Shown here piece after piece: positions 1-7,900 of a stretch of DNA of 64,000 bases. The notes beneath the pieces are model-generated. The model was not told the origin of the DNA and did not search any database. It saw nothing but the letters and a program-made list of their open reading frames with translations. How positions within the stretch are numbered: the stretch's first letter is position 1; every line of letters starts with the position of its first letter. A program made the translations under genes and the position numbers. Source of the DNA: a virus; IMG/VR virus record IMGVR_UViG_3300045988_098585, one strand, 5' to 3'.

Positions 1-133
1 CCCAAGCCAGGAAGAACTTATCGACCTTCTCGTACTCATGCATAATGTATAGGTATGCAATGAACGTGCAATTAATGACGACTATCATTGCTAATATAAT
101 CAAAGTCTGAGACACAAAGTCCACAATACTCAT
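1..133 (-). CDS. partial CDS (first 44 codons; continues past left edge), small hydrophobic protein
   Basis: ATG at 133..131, then MSIVDFVSQTLIILAMIVVINCTFIAYLYIMHEYEKVDKFFLAW open to position 1. One likely TM helix. Absent from the ORF track because it is truncated. Confidence 0.35.
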   Translation of the reverse strand, partial: MSIVDFVSQTLIILAMIVVINCTFIAYLYIMHEYEKVDKFFLAW

Positions 134-170
134 ACATACTCGCTTATCCGTGCTGCGTAGGCATAATACG

Positions 171-512
171 TTAAGATTTTCTCTTACTCTTAATATAGTG
201 AAGAATATCCCACTTCTTAAAATATCTCGTATGTCCTCGCTTCTTGCATTCACCATTCGGAATGACACCCTTTGCAACCATCCTGTTAAGTGTAGCATCA
301 GAAACGTGAAGCTTCTCTTTTACCTCCTCTGTGCTCATCATCGGGTTGAGCATATCGGGGATGATATCACACAGTCTATCCAGGTCCTCATCGCTCATTC
401 CGCAAGCGGTGATCTTCTCTCCATTTCTCTGTTGCTCATCAGCCTTAAAGCAAGCGTCACTTAGCGACTTTAAAGCTGTTCCGAGTATCTTATAATTCAA
501 TATCTTTCCCAT
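171..512 (-). CDS. helix-turn-helix DNA-binding protein (excisionase/MerR-like HTH)
   Basis: Track ORF 171..566. Start moved to ATG 512 (MGKILNYK), which clears the upstream stop at 517. STEEVKEKLHVSDATLNRMVAKGVIP looks like an HTH. Confidence 0.5.
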   Translation of the reverse strand: MGKILNYKILGTALKSLSDACFKADEQQRNGEKITACGMSDEDLDRLCDIIPDMLNPMMSTEEVKEKLHVSDATLNRMVAKGVIPNGECKKRGHTRYFKKWDILHYIKSKRKS

Positions 513-516
513 ATTT

Positions 517-1023
517 TTATGCACAGATTTTTCGTCCCAACTTGGTTTTGCTGATAAACATGTCACAGAATCCGTAAATATAAAACATTGCCGTTACTAT
601 CATGACTGTGAAGCACGAATCAATCATATCTTGAGTTGTGTACCAACTCCACTCTACAATATGGGCAGCGTTGATACCGAAGAAGTAGAAAAATGGTATT
701 CTATATCTCCAACACAAAAAGAAGAATCGGCTTGCTAATATCAAAACCATAGGTAAAATATAAACCATAAAATAGATGAATAAATAGCATGGAAAATTCT
801 CATTGTTTGTTATGAACATTTCCCTTGGATGCTGGCTAAAATCCCACATTCCATAAGCGTGTAAGCACATAATAATTATTGGAACGTACTTACAGAACCA
901 GCGGAAGAACTTCAAGATTCTCCGTGAATATCTGTTACCATGTTTCATCAGCAAATCCATAACCTCGCTGACGTCTTTGTCTTGCAACCACCTTAATAGG
1001 TCGCCTTCGTCTTCTTTATTCAT
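517..1023 (-). CDS. multi-pass membrane protein, function unknown
   Basis: 168-aa ORF with several long hydrophobic stretches (YVPIIIMCLHAYGMW, FIYFMVYILPMVLILASRFFFLCW). Confidence 0.5.
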   Translation of the reverse strand: MNKEDEGDLLRWLQDKDVSEVMDLLMKHGNRYSRRILKFFRWFCKYVPIIIMCLHAYGMWDFSQHPREMFITNNENFPCYLFIYFMVYILPMVLILASRFFFLCWRYRIPFFYFFGINAAHIVEWSWYTTQDMIDSCFTVMIVTAMFYIYGFCDMFISKTKLGRKICA

Positions 1024-1058
1024 AATTTTCGGTTTTAAGATTCAAAATAAGATGGTTG

Positions 1059-1066
1059 CAAAGTTA
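1059..1066 (-). promoter_or_regulatory. Bacteroidota -7 box (TAACTTTG on minus strand)
   Basis: CAAAGTTA on plus = TAnnTTTG on minus, 36 nt upstream of ATG 1023. No clear -33 element. Confidence 0.35.
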
Positions 1067-1159
1067 CACTTTTGTGGCAATAACGCAAGAAAAATGTCAA
1101 ATTGTTAGTGTTAAACTTTACTAAACCATCTTATTGCTATCAACAACGGCGTTTTGCTA

Positions 1160-1684
1160 TCAATCTGTTATCCAGTATGTCAAAAACACATCCAAGAATC
1201 CTGCCACCTCTGCCATATACCACACAGGCTTATATCCTTCGTCATCGTCCGAACAGCTTACGAGTAGCAGATAGATAAGAGCTATTACGGCCGTTGGGAC
1301 CCAGCATACCGACATACACCAGCCCACACACCCTGCCGCAGCTATAAGCGCACCTCCTTTGTGAATAGGGTAGGCGTCAGCATCGAGATAGTTGGGTGCA
1401 GCACCAACAAACATCAGTCCTGCGCAACCTATGAAGGCGAGGCACTGAATGCCCTTACCTGTGGCGAGCATACATATCATCATCAGTACCGCACACGTAA
1501 CCATTACAGCGGTAAATACCCATCCATAGTTTCGCTTGCGCTTATCGCCAATTACCTCGCTACCCGTACATCTCTGTAGCTGATAATACACATCGCTTAC
1601 CATCGCAGGAACGCCGAACCTCATTGCTGCGAGAAGCAGAAATCCTCCAAGTAAGAGGAAAGAAATAACACTTAGTATATACAT
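1160..1684 (-). CDS. multi-pass membrane protein (possible lysis/holin-associated, unproven)
   Basis: 174-aa ORF, 4-5 hydrophobic segments, located just after the tail-fibre module. Confidence 0.45.
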   Translation of the reverse strand: MYILSVISFLLLGGFLLLAAMRFGVPAMVSDVYYQLQRCTGSEVIGDKRKRNYGWVFTAVMVTCAVLMMICMLATGKGIQCLAFIGCAGLMFVGAAPNYLDADAYPIHKGGALIAAAGCVGWCMSVCWVPTAVIALIYLLLVSCSDDDEGYKPVWYMAEVAGFLDVFLTYWITD

Positions 1685-1746
1685 AGTCTTTTTATTTTAA
1701 TTGTGTTAAACGTCAATATCATTTTGCTGACATCGGCAATATGATC

Positions 1747-2334
1747 CTACACACTCATCTCAAGCATCTTCGGATAGCCTGTCTTGTAATCGTAGGCCTC
1801 TACCTCCTCAATGGTTGTTAGCTCATTTACAGTTGCCTTATGGCTTGCTGTCACATTAAAGCACTCAAGGGCATACATTTCGAGCGCAGAGAGCAACTGA
1901 ATAGCCTTGTCACAATCCACCACCAGTTTGATGCCTTTAAGCCAGAGGGTAGTTGTTTCCTGGCCTGCCGCCTTGGCAATAGTGGTGGAGTTCATCAATC
2001 CCACACGTGTTGCCTTGTCGAGCCAAACAAGCAGTCCGTTCAGCATAAAGCCGTTCACGGATGACGAGGTATCGTAGGCTATTATCTCTGCTATCTTAGC
2101 CTTTTTGGCAAGGGTCAAGGCTTTTTCTGCCCACTTATGTTTCCACGCCTCATACTCTCGTCGTACCTCCTGTTCATCATATTCTGATGCAGATGCAGAA
2201 CCCTCGACACAAGAGTATGCGTCCATGTCTGCATCTTTAACTGCATCGAAACGAACAAGTATCTTGTTTCCTACTTTTTCTACTGCGACAAAATCCTTTG
2301 CTGTGATAAATGTCTTTACAAAATTTACTTTCAT
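1747..2334 (-). CDS. DUF4376-like tail-fibre accessory protein, paralog of 4431..4976
   Basis: The C-terminus TLWLKGIKLVVDCDKAIQLLSALEMYALECFNVTASHKATVNELTTIEEVEAYDYKTGYP aligns by eye with TLWLDGECYTLPIDTAQDLISKIEVYAKDCYNVTQTHLDKVVELQTIDALIAYDITAGYP. Both genes follow a fibre gene. Confidence 0.55.
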   Translation of the reverse strand: MKVNFVKTFITAKDFVAVEKVGNKILVRFDAVKDADMDAYSCVEGSASASEYDEQEVRREYEAWKHKWAEKALTLAKKAKIAEIIAYDTSSSVNGFMLNGLLVWLDKATRVGLMNSTTIAKAAGQETTTLWLKGIKLVVDCDKAIQLLSALEMYALECFNVTASHKATVNELTTIEEVEAYDYKTGYPKMLEMSV

Positions 2335-2672
2335 AACTTTTTATTTTTTAATTCAACGAGAGATGGAGAGTCGGAGAGACAAGCGTAGAACGGAATCGCC
2401 ATATAATTGTTCTTCTTGATGTTGCCGTTGATAGACATAGTGAAGTAGTAGCTGCCGATGGCGTTGGCCTGGGTTGAAGTCCATTTATAATAACTGAACG
2501 TTGTCTTGCTGACATTGAGGTCTGGATATTTCTTATTGATAGCGTCTATCACGATATCAATATTCTGCCATGTCAGCTCCCATTGGTTAGCTGTCGGCAG
2601 GTAGCCTTGATAAAGCTTATCTCCATTCGTAATCGTAGAACTATAGCAATAATCAGCAGCAGCCGTAGTCAA
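2331..2672 (-). CDS. DUF1566-like (Lcl C-terminal/fibre-tip-like) domain ORF, no ATG start
   Basis: GYLPTANQWELTWQNIDIVIDAINKK...YKWTSTQANAIGSYYF...NYMAIPFYAC resembles the DUF1566 pattern. The only start candidate is TTG 2672, with GGAAGGTGA 10 nt upstream. The ORF is in frame with the fibre ORF across a single TAG. Confidence 0.5.
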   Translation of the reverse strand: MTTAAADYCYSSTITNGDKLYQGYLPTANQWELTWQNIDIVIDAINKKYPDLNVSKTTFSYYKWTSTQANAIGSYYFTMSINGNIKKNNYMAIPFYACLSDSPSLVELKNKKL

Positions 2673-2702
2673 CTCACGCTCGTCACCTTCCGCTATGATG
2701 GT

Positions 2703-4418
2703 CTATGTCGCTAACAATCCGTTATACACGAAGCGAGACCAGTTCGTGCCATTATTGTCTCGACCATCAATAGGTATGTTTTTAAACTCTACGTTCTGAT
2801 TACACCATTGCTTAGTTATGGCTACCTTGGAGAAGTATGCCATCTTGTCAATACTGATAAGTATATCTCCCTTATAGCGTTGAGTAGAAAATGTAGCGAT
2901 ACGCACAAACATCAGCTTGCTATTATCATTTCCGCTTGCCTCCCAGTCATCGTAAGTCCACTGCTTATTGGTGTCATCAATGAGCCAAATACCACTCTCG
3001 TAAGGACGGTAGACGAAGTTGAAACGATAACTATCTGCAATAGCAGTTCTTGCGATAGAGTAGCGGTCGTACTGCTCATACATACCGTCTATCTTGTCAA
3101 CGCTTACTGTGTAAGATGTACCATTCTTGATCTCAACGACAGCCTTACCTTCGGCATCCATGACGTATTCGGTCTTTTTACCCGATATGGTGACATACGC
3201 CTTGCCGCCTTCCCATGGAGTGACGTTCCCGCTTTCGTCAGCCTTAGACATTTTGATGGTTAACCGCTCCATCTTTTCGGTTTCAGCGATATAGTTTGCA
3301 TCAATAATCCTGTTACCTACGCTTGCTACATGCTGCACAGGGTCTATGATGTTACACTTTGGGACGTATGGGAACACAACTTTATAGGTTGCACCCTTGG
3401 TGATAGTAAACTCAGCCTGACCGTTTACGTCTGTAGTGTACTGATGAGGGTCTAAGCCATTGTTAACATAAACGTTAATAACCAATCCCTCCATGCTTAC
3501 GCCTTCCAAAGTGGTAGTACAGTTCACCGTCACATGCTCGTCAGTATCGGTAAGATTTACTGATTTTACCTCTCCGTTGCGGTTCGTTACTTTCAATACA
3601 TTTCCCTTCAGTTCTGCGTTGACCATCTCTGCGCCTAATGTTGCAGTCTCTGCTGCTTTGATGGCGGTGTCAAAATCGCTCTTACGCTTTGTTTCTGCGT
3701 CCACACGGGTTTTCTCAGCTTTCACTCTCTCACCTTCTGCGGCAACTCTGTCTGCCTCTGCTTGCTTACGAGTTACTTCTGCTTTGACACGACTATTTTC
3801 AGCATCAACCCTCGCAGCTTCTGCCGACGCACGTCCTTCTTCGGCTTTTGTCCTACTACCTTCAGCAGACACCCTTGCCTCCTCAGCAGACACACGTCCT
3901 TGTTCGGCAGTCCCCCTCAGAGTCTCGGCTTCCTTTCTCGCTTCCTCGTTAGTATTGAGGGTATCGTTTGTCTCCTTGTTGTTTTTCATAGCCTCGTTAG
4001 CCTTGCTGATGAGGTCAGACAGCTCCACGGTAGGAGGGAGGATAACCATAGCGGTATCCATCTCCACGCTGTTGTCGCCCTCATCGGTCTCTCCAAACTC
4101 GGTGTCAGCATCGGCATTGTTTGACACGATGGCAAACTGAGGGTATTCGTTGCTCCGCCAGTCGTTGCCGAATATCTTACCCTTCACCTCGATGGCATAC
4201 GTACCGAGGCTCATCTTATCACCATCTACTCTCGCAAGGAGTACATTATCCTCCTTTACATCAATCTCAAACGCAAGAGGGATGCGTTTGAACTGATTGC
4301 ATACCTGCACCACTACATCGGTACAGGCTGGCAAGGGGAAAGCCTTCGCTTGCCCCTCCACCATCTTCATCACTGGTATCTTCAGTGTGAAGTCGTTACC
4401 TTTAACGATTTTCTTCAT
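2703..4418 (-). CDS. tail fibre protein with trimeric coiled-coil heptad region
   Basis: 571-aa ORF downstream of the Tal-like gene. Contains 12 RxxAExx heptads followed by beta-rich C-terminal domains. Confidence 0.75.
   Translation of the reverse strand: MKKIVKGNDFTLKIPVMKMVEGQAKAFPLPACTDVVVQVCNQFKRIPLAFEIDVKEDNVLLARVDGDKMSLGTYAIEVKGKIFGNDWRSNEYPQFAIVSNNADADTEFGETDEGDNSVEMDTAMVILPPTVELSDLISKANEAMKNNKETNDTLNTNEEARKEAETLRGTAEQGRVSAEEARVSAEGSRTKAEEGRASAEAARVDAENSRVKAEVTRKQAEADRVAAEGERVKAEKTRVDAETKRKSDFDTAIKAAETATLGAEMVNAELKGNVLKVTNRNGEVKSVNLTDTDEHVTVNCTTTLEGVSMEGLVINVYVNNGLDPHQYTTDVNGQAEFTITKGATYKVVFPYVPKCNIIDPVQHVASVGNRIIDANYIAETEKMERLTIKMSKADESGNVTPWEGGKAYVTISGKKTEYVMDAEGKAVVEIKNGTSYTVSVDKIDGMYEQYDRYSIARTAIADSYRFNFVYRPYESGIWLIDDTNKQWTYDDWEASGNDNSKLMFVRIATFSTQRYKGDILISIDKMAYFSKVAITKQWCNQNVEFKNIPIDGRDNNGTNWSRFVYNGLLAT
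3687..3938 (-). repeat. 12 tandem heptads R-x-x-A-E-x-x (residues 161-244 of the fibre)
   Basis: RKEAETL RGTAEQG RVSAEEA RVSAEGS RTKAEEG RASAEAA RVDAENS RVKAEVT RKQAEAD RVAAEGE RVKAEKT RVDAETK, read directly from the translation. Confidence 0.9.
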
Positions 4419-4430
4419 ATAGCTATAAAA

Positions 4431-4976
4431 TTAAATTGTTAATCGTACTTTTTCTGGATAACCTGCCGTAATATCATAGGCTATCAATGCGTCTATCGTC
4501 TGTAGCTCCACAACCTTGTCAAGATGGGTCTGCGTAACATTGTAGCAGTCTTTGGCGTAGACTTCTATCTTACTGATGAGGTCTTGAGCTGTGTCAATAG
4601 GCAGGGTATAACACTCGCCGTCGAGCCACAGGGTCGTTTCCGTTCTCCCCATTCGCATAAGTCGCTCATTGCCCTGATATACCCTATCTCTTGTCTCGAA
4701 ATCGAGCCAGTGAGCCTTGTCGTTGAGATAAAACGTATTCACCTCTGCGCTCTTATCGTACTCCGTTATCTGCTCGATGCACTTGTTTCTCAGAGCCTCT
4801 GTCAGCTGTTCATCAGTAGGCTCGGCATCGGTATTCATGCCGAGCAGCACGCAGTCGTATAGATACTCACCGTCTTCTGTCTTGCGTTCGTTCATAGCAA
4901 GACGCACCTCATTATTTTTCCATGTCGCAACCTTCGTTTCCAAAGGCGTAGCATACAATTCCTTATATGTTATCAT
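4431..4976 (-). CDS. DUF4376-like tail-fibre accessory protein, paralog of 1747..2334
   Basis: See 1747..2334. Lies immediately downstream of the giant tail protein. Confidence 0.55.
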   Translation of the reverse strand: MITYKELYATPLETKVATWKNNEVRLAMNERKTEDGEYLYDCVLLGMNTDAEPTDEQLTEALRNKCIEQITEYDKSAEVNTFYLNDKAHWLDFETRDRVYQGNERLMRMGRTETTLWLDGECYTLPIDTAQDLISKIEVYAKDCYNVTQTHLDKVVELQTIDALIAYDITAGYPEKVRLTI

Positions 4977-4982
4977 ATCCGC

Positions 4983-7900
4983 TTAGTAATTATTATTGTT
5001 GCTCATTATTCCTGCGTCAAGATTACCGAAAGTGGTTTCCGTCTGTATTGAATAGATTTTTTCGTGAAATCCGGGTGCCATGTACGTTGCGCTAAAGGAA
5101 GCTATCTGTACATAGAAGGATGGCCTTGTCACAAACTGCCCCTTCTTGATGGCAGGCACCAGTTTTGTGTTGTCGTAGACCGTGGCATCCCCAGTAAGGA
5201 ATACGCCATCCGCAAGATTTGTCAGCGCACCATTCTTCACCATTGTGCGGCTCGTAAACGTCCTTCCGTCGGCTGCACTTGCGAGTTCGTAGGTACTCAA
5301 TCCGTTGGCCGAGTCGGCTACTATCTTTCCGTTCACTCTTGGTGCTGAGTAACGATACAGGGTTGTCGTTTTACCCGTCGCACCCTTAACGAAAAGAATG
5401 TAGTTGTTGTCCTTCGTTGCCGTGTACCACGACTTCGTTGTGTCAACCCACGGCAGGTCTACATTCTCTCCGAGCGGAGTCGTCAGTCCTGCGTCCTCTG
5501 CTTTGATATATTGCGCAGAAGTTATCTTCGCGTCGGTCTTGCTTAGCGAGGCGATACCAGCAGGGCCGAGGTCGTAGAGAAAGTTTCCGTTGTCGTCGTA
5601 GTACGACAGCACGGCCTGTCCCGAACTGTTCAGACCAAAGCGGATGTTTGCAGTTCCTGCCTTGCCGTAGATATTGATAAGGCCATCGGCTATCCTCACC
5701 ATCTGTCCGTTGAGTCCTTGCGATGTAAGCATCTGCGCCAGTATCAGAGCCGCATTGATGGCTCCGTCTGTAAAGAGCGCGGCTGTCGTAGTCTGACCTG
5801 TAGAGAGCGTGTTCTCCACCTTGATTTTCTCGCCATACAGAGTTACTCCGCTCGACGTAATCTCAAGTCCTGCCGCCTTGGCCGTGGCTCTGTCTATGAG
5901 GTCGGTCTTCCGTTCTGTATAATCAGTAAGTTGTGCGCCTTCCTCCAACTTCGGCTTTGTCACCCAAGCTTCAGTATCGCCTGGAACACGTATCAGCACC
6001 TTGTCTGGAATTACCTCTGCTCCCTCGCCAGTATAGTCCTCTATTCGCCAATGCACCCAGTACCGCTTATAGGTCGAGGTGAGTGCGAGCTGTACGAATC
6101 CGTCAGCCCAGCCGACCGGATATACGTTTCCTTCGCAGGTTTCTGTAAATACGTTTGCATGAACGCTGTCTCCATAGAGAAAAACGTTGATGTTCCCGCT
6201 GCCCTTGGCAACGAAGGAGAACACATAGTCCTGATTCTTTACTATTCTCGCCTGCCCAGAAAGGGTAGCTGTTGTTGGAAATTTATATTGCAAGGCTTCT
6301 GTGTACAGAGACTCTGCCGAGTTATTTTTGTTGTACAATATACCGTAGCAGCCTTCGTATTTACCAAACAAAATCAGTCCGCTGGCAAACTGAAGATTGC
6401 TGTTGTCAGACGATCTGGTCAGTGCCATCGTATCATCCAAAAGGTTTCCTCCCACATAGTCGTAGTCCGTTTCCGCAGGAGTCCAGCCTGTGTACTCGCT
6501 TCCTTCCTCCAACATCGGCATACATATCCATCCGTTACCAGAGGCAGTATAACCAAATGTTCCGTCCACGGTTATGCCATTGTAGACAAAGATATTCACC
6601 TCGATAAACTCTGCGTCGCCCGTATTGAAGGTGTAGTTCACCTGCCTCCACTGGTTCACCTCTTCCTCCTTCGTCAGCCAATCCATTTTACCCGAGGTGG
6701 CAGTAATTCTGTCCCCTCTACCACTATTCAGCGCAGCCATCTTGAAAACCTCTGAATGAACCTGTAAGTCCTTCGTGTCGCACTTTATCCATGCCGAGAA
6801 AGTGTAGTCGGTGTTCTTCTTCACAGCGATGCCGTTGACGTGCTGTCCCCAGAAAAGTCCATTATACTGATGCTTTCCGTTACCAGTCACCGAGAAGCGG
6901 ATGGCATTATGGCCGTTCACGCCCTGTGTTATCGTAGGCTGGAAGAGGCCGTCCGAATAATATATATCACCCTTCCTCGTCAGTGCCGTATCTCGCAGTA
7001 GGTTATGCCGTCCTTGCTGGCTCTGAGTAACACTGAGAGTAATCTCCTTAGCTGTCTGCTTGATAGTAGATGTGTAGGCGTTGAGAACGGTAGGATTACT
7101 TCCTTTCAGGTCTTTCTCCAGTGCCTCAAACTTCGACTGGTACTGCTTGGCCGTAGCCTTTACACTGCCCATGTACTTTGTCACATTCACAGAGAATGGA
7201 ACCTGTGTACTGTAGCTCTTCCCTCCGAGAGAGAATGCGATTGTGATAAATCCCTCGCTCACCGACACCTTGTCTCCGCTCGCCAGAGTGGTAGTGTTCA
7301 CAGAATTGAGCTTCACCTTTATGTATCCTGTAGCCAAACTTGCCGCAGCCGTACAGTTCTGCATATAGCTCACCTTTACGTCTGAGCACTCGTTAGTAAC
7401 ATTCTCGCCACCTCTCATCACCTTTACTCGTCCTTCTGCCGTGGTGTCCGACACGATGCCGTCATCGTTAGTGTCGAGCACGATGGGCTGTACGAGAAGT
7501 ATGCTCACTCCGTCATTTCCGTCTGCTCCAGGCTTTCCTTGCTCTCCTTTCTCGCCCTGCGGTCCTTGTGCGCCCGTTTCGCCCTGCGCACCTGTTTCTC
7601 CTTTAGGCCCTTGTGGTCCTTCGTCACCTCTGTCTCCCTTGTCTCCTTTCTCACCTTTTTCTCCCGACAGCACCTTCTGCCAGTCACTGCTTGCGTCCGA
7701 AGGCTCTTGGCTTGTTCCGTTCTCATTGATACAAGTCCACAGGGCGTTGTCATGGTTCACTTGGTCGTAGTAGGCATAGCTTCCTGCCTTCCACTCGCCT
7801 CTGTAGTTCACCATGTGTATGGTGTCACCGCTTGGAGATACCCATTCAAACAGATTGCTGTAGAATCTCGACCCGTCAGGTGAAATGACGAACACTTCCT

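Noticed and set aside
5718-6755. 345-aa plus-strand ORF, along with many other 60-215-aa ORFs antisense to the large tail genes (for example 3493..4140, 7441..7770, 8100..8726).
   Set aside because: They lie entirely inside strongly supported minus-strand genes. They have low-complexity or Cys/Ser/Leu-rich composition typical of antisense frames, and no start context.
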